Below are positions 1-9,817 of a stretch of 64,000 nucleotides of DNA, piece after piece. Made by a program: the position numbers and the translations under genes. This DNA is from an uncultured Chloroflexia bacterium (GTDB taxonomy: Bacteria; Chloroflexota; Limnocylindria; Limnocylindrales; CSP1-4). A model generated the notes under the pieces. It was not told the DNA's origin. It worked only from the letters and a program-made list of their open reading frames with translations, and did no database searches. The first letter of the stretch is position 1, and every line of letters starts with the position of its first letter. The stretch covers positions 14,420 through 78,419 of the forward strand of contig CAVYZQ010000001.1 of NCBI GenBank assembly GCA_963772995.1. Direction: 5' to 3'.

Positions 1-243
1 CCGGATAGCTCATGCCGGTGAAGGCGGCGCCGCTCGGAGAGGCAGCGGCCGACGCTGCGGCCGACGCCGCGGCGGATGCGGCGCGCCGACGCCGCGACCG
101 ATGGTGCCGTGGATGGCGGCGGCGGACGCGGGGCTGCTGGCGCTCGGCGACGATGTCGTCGAGCTACAGGCGGCGAAGACGACCGACAAGGATGCGGCGA
201 ATACCGCGCCCTTGACCGACCACCTCTTCGGTGTCTGAGACAT
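1..243 (-). CDS. Lipoprotein, N-terminal part only (gene runs off the left edge)
   Basis: ATG at 243 preceded by GGAGGAG. MSQTPKRWSVKGAVFAASLSVVFAAC is a signal peptide plus lipobox Cys, followed by a Ser/Ala/Pro low-complexity linker. The frame seems to change inside the linker. Confidence 0.5.
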
Positions 244-511
244 GCTTCCGGTCTCCTCCTCTGGGCTGCCCGCGCGCGGACCGCTGTGCCTCCCTGTCCG
301 GGCAGTCGTGGAGCCTGCCTCCGACCCGTCCGGACACGGCGGTCCGGCGCAGGTCGTCCGCGAAGCCTGAGCCGATCCACACGCGCGCGGCACGTCACGC
401 ATGCGCACGCCTGGTCGTCGAGCGCCGGGCGCGCGTCCGGTGGCGGGCTGCGGCGCTCGTCGCGCGATCCCGGCCGCCGTCGCTCGGCGTCGCGCCGTGC
501 GGCGCTTCGCT

Positions 512-2479
512 ATGCTCGGCGACGTGCAGACCGCCCGGATCGCCCTGGCCCAGATCGCGCCGCGTCTGGGTGCGCTCGACGACAACCTCGGGCGCCACCA
601 CGAGGTGCTCGCCGAAGGCGCGCGCGAGGCGGGTGCCGACCTGCGTCGTCTTCCCCGAGCTCGGGCTGACCGGCTACCTGCTCCAGGACCTGGCGGCCGA
701 GGTCGCGATGCGGCTCGACGATCCGCGCCTCGCTGAGCTCGCCGGTGTGACCGAGGGCCTGTCCGCGGTCGTGTCGTTCGTCGAGGAATCGGCCGACCAC
801 CGGCTGTTCATCGCCGCGGCCCTGCTCGAGGACGGCGAGATCCGGCACGTCCACCGGAAGCTCTTCCTGCCGACCTACGGCCTGTTCGACGAGCGTCGTT
901 TCTTCGCGCCGGGCGACCTGCTGCGGACCGTCCCGTCGCGTCTCGGCCCGGGCATCGGGATCGCGATCTGCGAGGACTTCTGGCACCTGGCCGTGCCCCA
1001 GCTGCTGGCCCTCGACGGCGCCCAGATCCTCATCAACGTCTCGTCGTCGCCCGGCCGGGACCTGGCCGCCACCAACGAGGTCGGGCTCGGGACGGCCACC
1101 TCGTGGCGGACCCTGATGCGGACCTACGCCCAGCTCACGACCTCGTTCGTCGTCTTCTGCAACCGCGTCGGCGTCGAGGAGTCGATCTCGTTCTGGGGCG
1201 GCTCCGAGGTCATCGCCCCGACCGGCGCCGCGCTCTTCTCGGCGCCGCTCTACGACGAGGGCCTGTTCATGGTCGACGTCAACCTGTCCGACATCCGGCG
1301 CGAACGGATCGGCGCTCCCGTTGCTCCGCGACGAGCGGCCCGAGCTCCAGGTCCGCGAGCTGCGCCGGATCGTTGCCGAGCGGGCCGGTCTGGCCCACGA
1401 CTCGAGCGCCGAGGGCGGTGCGGAGGCGGGGACGGACGTGGCGCCGGCCGAGCCCGAGGGCGCACCGATCGGGTTTCGCGCGCGCGAGGCGGCAGATTCC
1501 GCGGGCGGTCCGTCGACCGTGGAGGACGTGGAGGAGCCGCCGCCGCCCATCGCCGTCGCCTCCCGTGCGAACAGCCGAGGGGTCGCGATGACCGCCGCAC
1601 CGCCCTTCGAGCTGCCGGCCGAGCTCGCCGTCGACACGGACGTGGCGCGCCGGGCCATCGCCGAGTTCATCCGCGGCCAGCTCCGCCAGGCCGGCTTCGA
1701 ACGGGCAGTCCTCGGCCTGTCGGGCGGGATCGATTCGGCGCTGGTCGCGTATCTCGTGGCCGAGGCCATCGGCGCCGAGCGGCTGCTGGCCGTGCTGATG
1801 CCATATCGCACCTCGTCGCCGGAGTCGCAGGGGGACGCCGAGACCGTGGTGGCCGCACTGGGGTGCGAGAGCGAGCTCGTGGACATCTCGGCCATGGTCG
1901 ACGGGTACTTCGGGACCGAAGTGGTCGCCGGAGCCGTCGGCGACGTCCGGGCACGAGGCGAGCGCGCTGCGGCGTGGCAACTTCGCGGCCCGGATGCGGA
2001 TGGCGGTGCTCTACGATCGGTCGGTCACCTGGGGCGGCCTGGTCGTCGGGACGGGCAACAAGACCGAGTCGCTCATCGGCTACACGACGCTGTTCGGCGA
2101 TTCGGCCTGCGCGTTCAACCCGATCGGCGACCTGTACAAGAGCCAGGTGCGCCAGCTGGCGGTGGCGATGGGTGTCCCGGACGCGGTCATCCGCAAGGCT
2201 CCGTCGGCGGACCTGTGGCCCGGCCAGACCGACGAGACCGAGGGCGGCTTCAGCTACCCGGTCCTCGACCGGCTGCTGTTCTGGCGGATCGACAAGCGCC
2301 GCTCGATCGAGGAGATGGTCGCGCTCGGCTTCGAGCCGTCGATGGTCGAGCGGGTCGACCGGATGGTCGCGGGGGCCGAATTCAAGCGGCAGGTGCCGCC
2401 CATCGCCAAGCTCGGTCCGCGGACGGCAGGCGTGGACTACCTGTATCCGCGTCGCCGGCCGGGGTCGGCGCGCGGGTGA
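512..2479 (+). CDS. nadE: Glutamine-dependent NAD+ synthetase (apparent frameshifts)
   Basis: N-terminal nitrilase/glutaminase domain (VVFPELGLTGY, IAICEDFWH) and C-terminal NAD synthase domain (LGLSGGIDSALVAYL, RRGNFAARMRMAVLY, GTGNKTE). Homology runs through frames 2>0>1>2 with breaks near 640, 1315 and 1950. Alternative GTG start at 524. Confidence 0.85.
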
Positions 2480-2489
2480 CGACCGGGCG

Positions 2490-3391
2490 GTGACGCCCGA
2501 TGGGTCCGACGGCCCCGGGCGGCCGGCGGGTGGCGGCGGGACCCTGTACGTGGTCGCGACCCCCATCGGCAACCTGGCCGACGTGACCCTTCGGGCGATC
2601 GAGACGCTGCGCGACGGTCCCGTTGATCGCCGCCGAGGACACCCGCCTGACCCATCGACTGCTCGCGCGCCACGGCATCGAGACCCGGATGACCAGCTAT
2701 CACGCCCGGAGCGACGCTTCGCGAGCGACCGCCCTCCTCGCGCATCTGCGCGGCGGCGCCGACCTTGCGCTCGTGACGGACGCCGGGACGCCCACCGTCA
2801 GCGATCCGGGCGGCGACCTCGTGGCGGCATGGGCCGCCGAGGGCGGCCGAGTCGTCCCGATCCCGGGGCCGTCGGCCGTGCTCGCGGCCGTCGCCGGGTC
2901 CGGCGTGGCGGGTCCCCGCTGGACCTTCGAGGGCTTCCTGCCGCGGTCCGGTCGGGAGCGCCGGGATCGGCTCGAGCGGATCGCGGCCGACGAGCGCGGC
3001 ACCGTGATCTACGAGGCGCCCGGGCGGGTCGCGGCCACGCTGCGCGACCTTGCCGACGGCGTGCGGCGCCGAGCGGCCCGCGGCGGTCTGCCGGGAGCTG
3101 ACCAAGATCCACGAGGAGATCGTCCGGGGACCGCTCGGCGAGCTTGCCGCCGCCGCTGCCGACGGCGCGATCGCCCCGCGCGGCGAGTTCGCCCTCGTCG
3201 TCGGGGCATGGTCGGGAGCCGGCCCGACGCGGCGGACAGCTCGATCCGGCAGGCCGGGCTGGAGGCCGCCCTCGACGAGGTCGAGCGACTGGTCGGCGAG
3301 GGCGTTGCCCGCGGCGAGGCTGCGCGCCGCGTGGCGGCGCGCGACCGGGCTGCCGCGACGCGGCTTGTATCGGGCACATCGGGACCGTTAG
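2490..3391 (+). CDS. rsmI: 16S rRNA (cytidine1402-2'-O)-methyltransferase (apparent frameshifts)
   Basis: [67 protein letters not shown]. About four frame changes (near 2625, 3060, 3235, 3345). Confidence 0.8.
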
Positions 3392-3401
3392 CCTTCAGGA
3401 C

Positions 3402-4516
3402 GTGAGCGCGGCCCAAGCGTCCTCCGGACTCCCCATCCTCGGTCCGTTGTCCATCGTCGGCCGGGTCGTCCTCATCGGCACGGTCGCCCTCAGCCTCGTC
3501 GCCGATCGTCCTCGACTTCGGCCTCCACGCCGACCCGACCGTCCTGTTCGTGCTGTCGGCCGCCGCGATCCTCGGCCTTGCGTGGGTCGTGGGCCTGTCG
3601 ACGGAGCGGCTGGGCGCCCTGACCGGCCCGCAGGTCGGCGGCATCCTCAATGCCACGTTCGGGAACATCGCCGAGCTGATCATCTCGTTCTTCGCCCTGC
3701 AGGCCGGTCTCATCGAGGTCGTCAAGGCCTCGCTGACCGGGTCGATCATCGGCAACCTGCTGCTGGTCATGGGCGCGAGCGTCCTGGTCGGCGGCCTGCG
3801 CCACGGCACCCAGACGTTCAGCGAGAAGATCGCCGGGGCCAATGCCGCCCTGCTCGTCCTGGCGCTGATCGGCCTGTTCGTGCCGGCCGTCTTCGCCTTG
3901 ACCGCCAGCGACAAGACGCAGGGCACGGTCACCGAGGAGTCGGTCCTGGTCGCCATCGCGCTGATCGCGGCGTACGCCCTGTCGCTCGTCTATCAGTTCA
4001 CGAACCCCGACGGGACGCTCGGCGGCCACGGAGAGCCGGCCGGCCACGGGGGCCCGCCGTGGAGCGGGCGCGTCGCGATCATCGTGCTGCTCGGGGCGGC
4101 CGCCCTCCTCGCGGTCCTGTCCGAGATCCTCGTCGGCGCCATCGAGCCGTTCATCGCCACGTTCGGACTGTCCGCCTTCTTCGTCGGCGTCGTGCTCATC
4201 CCGACGATCGGCAACCTCGCCGAGCACCTCGTCGTCGGTCCAGCTCGCGGCCAAGGACAAGATGGAGTTCGCGATGGCCGTGACCTTCGGGTCGAGCCTG
4301 CAGGTCGCGCTGTTCGTGGCGCCGGTGCTCGTCCTGCTCGGCGTGCTCGTCGGCCAGCCGATGGACCTCGTCTTCACCCCGCTCGAGATCGCAGCGGTCG
4401 CGGCGGCCGTCGCGATCAGCACCCTGATCGCCTTCGACGGCGAGTCGAACTGGCTCGAGGGCGCGTTGCTGACCCTCGTCTACCTCATCCTCGCGGTCTC
4501 CTTCTTCGAGTTCTGA
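3402..4516 (+). CDS. Ca2+/H+ antiporter, CaCA/CAX family (apparent frameshifts)
   Basis: Both alpha-repeat signatures are present: GNIAELIISFFAL and GNLAEHLV, then KDKMEFAMAVTFGSSLQVALFVAP. Multi-pass hydrophobic profile. Breaks near 3505 and 4235. Confidence 0.8.
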
Positions 4517-4590
4517 CCCGCGAGCGGGTGCGGTCGGGATCCGGCGGCGGTGCGGAGGGGAAGCACCGCCGCCGGGGAGGGATTCGCGGG

Positions 4591-5077
4591 TCAGGCCGCG
4601 GCCTCGTCGCCGGCCGCCTCGTCGAGGGTCTCGTCGTCGTCCTCGTCGGACGTACCCGGATCGAACGCGGCCTCGGGGATCGGTTCGGTGGCCGCCGCTT
4701 CGCCGAGCGCGATCGCCTGGGCCGCCAGCGACTCGGCCGCCTGCTGGGCTTCGTAGTCCTTCTTCTTCCGCCCGGACAGCATCTCGACATGCGAGGCGAC
4801 GATCTCGGTCTTCCAGTGGCGTTGCGCCGCGATCGTCGTCCCACGACCGCGTCTGGAGCCGGCCCTCGATGGCGACCTGCTGGCCCTTGCCGAGGTAGCG
4901 TCCCGCGATCTCGGCGAGCCGGTCCCACGCGACGACCGGGTGGTACTCCGACTTCTCCTTGCCGCCGCCGACGAACTCGTTCGATGCCACGGTGAACGTC
5001 GTGACGTTCTTGCCGCTGGCGAGGCTGCGCATCTCCGGGTCGCGCGTGAGGCGCCCTGTGAGCAGGACCTTGTTCAC
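4591..5077 (-). CDS. ssb: Single-stranded DNA-binding protein (one apparent frameshift near 4835)
   Basis: GTG start preceded by AGGAG. VNKVLLTGRLTRDPEMRSLASGKNVTTFTVASNE...VVAWDRLAEIAGRYLGKGQQVAIEGRLQTRSWDD is an OB fold, followed by an acidic C-terminal tail in another frame. Confidence 0.85.
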
Positions 5078-5256
5078 GGTCCGATCTCCTTCCCGGTCGG
5101 CCGGATGCTCCGGTCCCGACCCTGCGTCGCCGGCGGGATGACGGACGGACCGTAGCAGCGGGGCCTGCACTGGCACGTATCGAGCCATGCACGGTCGCTT
5201 ACGCAGGTGCCGACGCTGCCGCTGGACGTCTCGCGCGGGTGCGAGGGCCAGGGTGG

Positions 5257-6461
5257 TCAGCTGCCCGGTGCGGCCGCCGCGTGGGGCTCAGCGATCGGCG
5301 TCCGACCCAGCCCCTGATCGAGCAGCGCGATCACCGCGCCCGTCGCGATCCCGACGAGGGTCAGCGCCATGGCGACCTCGAAACCGGCGACCTCGACGAC
5401 CAGCGCCCCACCGATCGAGCCGATCGCCAATGCCGCCGCGTTCGCGGCGGAGAGCAGCGAGAAGGCACTGCCGCGATCCGCGTCGGCGCTCCGGCGCGAC
5501 ATCTCCACGATGAGCGGCGTGATCGTCAGCCCGCCGCCCGCGCCGCTGAGCAGGCCGGCAACGATGAGGATCGGCGTGGTCGGCTCCAGGGTCAGCAGAA
5601 GGATCGCACCGGTCGACATCGAGCAGCCCGAGGACGATCGGGAGGATCGGCCGCATGCGGTCGACGATCCAGCCCGTCGGTACGCGCGCCAGCAGGATCG
5701 CGATCCCATCGGCGACGAAGAACAGGCCGACGTTCGCGCCGGCCGCTTCGGCCCGTTGGGGAAGGAATGCGACGACGACGCCCCAATGGATGATGTAGAG
5801 CAGGTCGACGGCGATGAGCGGCGCCCAGCTGCTGCGGAATGCGAAGCCGAGCCGACGGCGGGCGATGCTCGACGGCCCGCCGGACACGGTCCGTGACTGG
5901 TCGTCGGGCAGGTACGGCAGCGGCGCGATCCGCAGGATGACGATCCCGGCGGCCACGACGGCCGAAAAGCAATGCGGCGACACCGTGGAGCGAGGTCGCC
6001 GACAGGACCAGCAGCGACAGCGGCGGGAAAGACGACGAGGGTCAGATTGTGTGCGCTGCCGACGAACGCGAGCCCGAATCCCGCGTCGGCGTGGCGGCCA
6101 CCAGCCGCGGCACCAGCGAGAGGGCCGCCGGCAGCGTTGCTGCGATGCCGATCCCCTGGAACAGTCCGGGCGACGAGGAAGGGCCAGAGCGACCCGTCGG
6201 GCTCGACGCCGGGCAGGATCAGGATCGGCAGCCCATGAGATAGGCGAGCCCCGCCCACGTGAATGCTCGAACGCCGCCGACGCGATCGACGACGATGCCG
6301 GCGAGGAACGCCGCCGGGATCTGGACGATCGCCGCGGTCCCGACCACCAGGCCGATCTGCGGGTCGGGCACGCCCGCCCGCGCGAGGGCGACCGGAAGCG
6401 CCGCGGTGAACCCGTGGAAACCGGCCTGGACGGCGAAGAGCGCGAAGGCGAGGCGGAGCAC
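5257..6461 (-). CDS. MFS transporter, heavily frame-broken (at least 5 breaks)
   Basis: Hydrophobic TM segments can be followed across all three minus frames: LRLAFALFAVQAGFHGFTAALPVALARAGV, LFQGIGIAATLPAALS, WAPLIAVDLLYIIHWGVVVAFLPQ, ILLLTLEPTTPILIVAGLLSGAGGGLTITP. Confidence 0.55.
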
Positions 6462-6696
6462 CGCGCCATCATCCGGGAACGAGTCGGGTGGTTGCCGGCC
6501 CTCGGCGGTCCGGGCCCTGGCGGGTCGGCGGGGCCGGCAATGCCTGGCGGGCACGACCGATGCTAGCAGCGGACCCTGCACCGCCCCTTATCCGTGCCTG
6601 CACCGTGGATCACCGGGCGATCGAGGGGGAACAGGATGTGGTCGCGCCGATGGCGGCATCCGGCGCTCCCCGTCGCCGGTGTGGTTCGATTAGCCC

Positions 6697-7552
6697 ATGG
6701 AGCTCCACCGATCCGAGCGCGTCCAAGCCTTCCTCGGGCGCGCGGGCGCCTTCCTGGCCGAGCGGGAAGCCGCCCACAACCTGATCTTCGGGATCTGCTC
6801 GAACCTGGCGGCCGATCCGTCGAGTCGGATGGCGCGCCGTACCTGGCCACGATCTCCGACGGCGGCAGGGTCGTGGCGGTCGCGCTCCGGACCCCGCCCT
6901 GGAACCTCGTCCTCTCCGAGATCGACGATCCGGCCGCGCTCGACGCCATCGTCGACGATCTGGCCTCGGACCCGGGCGCCTCGGGCTCCCCGGTGTCATC
7001 GGCCCGGCCGGGATGGTCGAGGCCTTCGGAGACCGCTGGACGGTCCGGACCGGTCATCCGGCCCGCGTCGTCCTCGCCGAACGGATCTACCGGCTCACGC
7101 GCGTGCGCGCACCACGACCCGTGTCCGGCCGCATGCGCGTGGCCACCGCCGCCGACCGCGACCTGCTGGTCCGGTGGCTCATCGACTTCGAGGCCGAGGC
7201 GCTGAGCGCGGCGCCCTCGCCGGTTGATCCGGCGACCTCGGTCGATCGCTGGATGTCGGGAGCCGGAGGTCGAGTCAACTACCTCTGGGAGGATGGGCAG
7301 GCGCGGTCATGGTGCGGCGTCGGCGGCCTGACGCCCCACGGCATCCGCATCGGGCCGGTCTTTACACCAGGCGAGTGGCGGGGTCAGGGCTACGCGAGTG
7401 CCCTCGTGGCCGCTGCGAGCCAGGTCCAGCTTGATGCCGGCCGGCAGTTCTGCTTCCTGTACACCGATCTGGCGAACCCGACGTCGAACCACATCTACGC
7501 CGAGATCGGCTACGAGCCAGTCCGCGACGTCAGCGTCCTGAGCTTCGACTGA
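6697..7552 (+). CDS. GNAT-family acetyltransferase (two apparent frameshifts near 6825 and 7010)
   Basis: C-terminal acetyl-CoA fold motif VFTPGEWRGQGYASALVAAAS...FLYTDLANPTSNHIYAEIGYEP. The N-terminal two thirds continue in other frames. Confidence 0.6.
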
Positions 7553-7558
7553 TCCGCC

Positions 7559-9241
7559 TCAGCTCGAAGCGACGCTCCGCTGGTCCTCGTCACCATCGAC
7601 ATCCTCGGCGACATTTGGCCAGGCGGCCGGACGCGCCAGCTCACGGGAACTCCTCAGGGTGGTGCCCGACCGGATCGAGGGTGCGCTCGAGCCGTCGGTC
7701 TCCACGCGAGCGCCCCAGTCGAGGGCGCCGAGCGCGGCGACGGAGCCGATGATGGCCTCGATGGTCGGATCAGGTTCCGGCGCGGTCGCGGTATAGAGGT
7801 CGCAGAAGACGGCAACGAGCTCAGGATCGAACTGGGTCCCCGCATTGAGCCGCAGCTCTCCGATCGCGGCCTCGTGGCTCATGGCCTTCTTGTACGGGCG
7901 GTCCTGGGTCATCGCCTCATAGGCGTCGGCGATGGCGACGATCCGGGCACCGAGCGGGATCTCCCTGGCGCGCAGGCCGTACGGATAGCCGTGGCCGGCG
8001 TATCGCTCATGGTGGTGGAGGATGATCGGCACGGCGTCGCGCAGCGCAGCCGCGTGCTCGAGGATCACCTGGCCGATGCGCGGGTGCTGGACGACGGTCC
8101 GCCATTCGGCGGAGGTCAGCCCCGTCGGCTTGTCGAGGATCTCGTCGGGCACGGCGACCTTGCCGATGTCGTGGAGGAGCGCGGCGGTCCGGATCCGCTC
8201 GACCTCCGCGTCGGGCAGCTGGAGCTGTCGGGCCATCTCGACGCCGATGGCCGTGACCAGGGCCGATGGCCGGCCTCGGTAGTTCGGAAGTGGCGCGATG
8301 ACCGAGGTGAGCGCCGCCGTCGCCGCGATGCGAGCCCGCCGGCCGATCTCCAGCGCACGCGCCCGCCCAGCTTCGGAGATCGGGGCGCGCGGGAGCCGTG
8401 CGTCGTCGTCGGGCTCCTCGAAGATGTAGGTCTGGTTCCGGCCGAGCGATTTCGCCGAGTACATCGCGGCATCGGCGTCGCGGATGAGGCTGTCGACGCG
8501 CAGGTGGTGACCCGCGCCGCCGACGATCCCGATCGAGATCGTCACCGACAGCTCCGGGTTGCCCTCGACCTCGAACTGGAGCCGCTCGATCATGCCCCGC
8601 AGCTTCTCGGCGAGCGCCGCGCCCTCCTCGACGTTGGTCTCGGTCAAGATGAGCATGAATTCCTCGCCGCCATAGCGGCCGATGAGGTCGCTCGCGCGAA
8701 GGTTGTCCGCGATCGTCTGGGCGACGTCGTGGAGAACGATGTCGCCGGTTCCGTGCCCGTGCGTGTCGTTGACGGCCTTGAAGTGGTCGATGTCGACGAA
8801 GGCGATGCACAGAGGGCGGTCGTAGCGCGAAGCCCGCTCGACCTCGGCGAAGAGCGAGGCGAGGAGCGCCTGCCGGTTGGCCACGCCGGTCAACCGGTCG
8901 ATGGTGGCTCGGTCGTGTGTCTCGGCGAGGGCGACCGAGATGCCATTGATGGCGCGCGCGAGACGGCTCGGCAGGCCGTTGCCGGCGGTCGAGACGGACA
9001 CCGTGAGGTCACCCTCGACCATCCGCTCGGCGGCCTTGACGAGGCGCAGGAAGCGATACTCGGTGATGGCCCAGGTGATGGAGGCGGCAAAGCCCGCGCC
9101 GACCATCATCGCCGCGGCGACCGTGGCCACGGTCCGGCCAGCCGGCGGGACCATCGCTTCCCCCAGCGCCGGCAAGACGAGATACGCAAGGCCGACTGCG
9201 ACCGCAGTCGCGAGCGTCAGCACTCCGATGGCGCGGATCAC
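7559..9241 (-). CDS. Membrane-anchored diguanylate cyclase fused to HD-GYP phosphodiesterase
   Basis: Intact 560-aa ORF with two N-terminal TM segments and a HAMP-like linker. GGDEF domain with RASD I-site five residues before GGEEF. HD-GYP domain with HDIGK and HHERYAGHGYP. Confidence 0.85.
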   Translation of the reverse strand: MIRAIGVLTLATAVAVGLAYLVLPALGEAMVPPAGRTVATVAAAMMVGAGFAASITWAITEYRFLRLVKAAERMVEGDLTVSVSTAGNGLPSRLARAINGISVALAETHDRATIDRLTGVANRQALLASLFAEVERASRYDRPLCIAFVDIDHFKAVNDTHGHGTGDIVLHDVAQTIADNLRASDLIGRYGGEEFMLILTETNVEEGAALAEKLRGMIERLQFEVEGNPELSVTISIGIVGGAGHHLRVDSLIRDADAAMYSAKSLGRNQTYIFEEPDDDARLPRAPISEAGRARALEIGRRARIAATAALTSVIAPLPNYRGRPSALVTAIGVEMARQLQLPDAEVERIRTAALLHDIGKVAVPDEILDKPTGLTSAEWRTVVQHPRIGQVILEHAAALRDAVPIILHHHERYAGHGYPYGLRAREIPLGARIVAIADAYEAMTQDRPYKKAMSHEAAIGELRLNAGTQFDPELVAVFCDLYTATAPEPDPTIEAIIGSVAALGALDWGARVETDGSSAPSIRSGTTLRSSRELARPAAWPNVAEDVDGDEDQRSVASS

Positions 9242-9340
9242 GTGGTCAGGCTAGGTCGGACCGATGGCCGGATGGACCCGCCGTTCGTACCAGAGCATGC
9301 GCGGCGGTCGTCATGTGGGGGTCGGGGACCGGTGGAGCGC

Positions 9341-9349
9341 TGGTATACT
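9341..9349 (+). promoter_or_regulatory. Extended -10 promoter element TGgTATACT, candidate promoter of the purine cluster
   Basis: TGGTATACT at 9341-9349 is the best sigma-70-like -10 in the 575-nt gap between the GGDEF gene and purA. Orphan AGGAGG at 9388-9393 downstream. Confidence 0.35.
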
Positions 9350-9442
9350 CGCGCCCTCTTCCTCACGTGCGGTCCGACCCGGCAACCAGGAGGTCAGCGA
9401 TCGCCCTTCTTGGTGTCGTGGCATTGAACGGTGGCGGCGTCG

Positions 9443-9790
9443 TGGACGCCCGATGCAGCGTTGTCGGCTCCGCGCGTTCGCTCGACGCAGGTCGCTCTTG
9501 GTCGCCCGCTTCGCCTCGGACGCCACGTCGGCTCGACGTCCGATCCGTTGCGCCTCGGCTCACGCCCACGGCGCCGTCTCGTGCTCGCCTTTCGGCGCCC
9601 CGGACGCCCGATGCGTGCGTTGTCGGCTCCGCTGCTTCGCTCACGCACCGACGGGTGCGCTCGCTCTGCTGCTCGCCTCCGCCTTCGCCTCGGACGCCCA
9701 CGACGCCGATTCTCGGTTTCTCGAGCGGCGTCGTTTGGGCGATCGTGACGCCGATCCTCGGTTCGACGGTGGCGCCGTGGACCCGATGGC
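9443..9790. repeat. Two tandem ~160-nt GC-rich repeat units (9443-9601, 9602-~9770) plus a partial third
   Basis: Both units open with GGACGCCCGATGC(A/G)(G/T)GCGTTGTCGGCTCCGC and share CTTCGCCTCGGACGCC. GACGGTGGCG..CGTGGAC.CCGATG recurs at 9427 and 9765. Confidence 0.6.
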
Positions 9791-9817
9791 TGCGCTCCTC
9801 GGTTCGGTGACCCGCTG

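Noticed and set aside
231-3101. Very long ORFs such as 231-3101 (+), 41420-45085 (-), 22309-25296 (-), 17837-20035 (-), 53206-55527 (-) and 44739-46739 (-)
   Set aside because: They are Arg/Pro/Gly/Ala-rich translations antisense to, or out of frame with, genes that have clear homology on the other strand or frame. Stop-poor alternative frames are expected at this GC content. None shows a recognisable domain.
9737-9754. ZTP (pfl) riboswitch-like string GGGCGATCGTGACGCCGA upstream of purA
   Set aside because: It resembles only the GGGUCGUGACUGGCG part of the motif as I recall it. The conserved 3' element CCGCCUGGGCA is absent before the purA ATG.
9443-9790. The various tandem repeats (9443-9790, 29262-29437, 44496-44568, 55252-55476) as CRISPR arrays
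   Set aside because: There are only 2-3 copies each. Units are imperfect, and there is no regular repeat-spacer periodicity in the 28-37 nt repeat range with unique spacers. No cas genes are in the window.
9313-9810. 165-aa ORF (and overlapping ORFs) across the purA upstream region, preceded by AGGAGG
   Set aside because: There is no canonical start at SD distance (only ATC). The composition is Arg/Ser/Ala/Pro-rich with internal duplication that simply mirrors the DNA repeats. I treat the region as non-coding.
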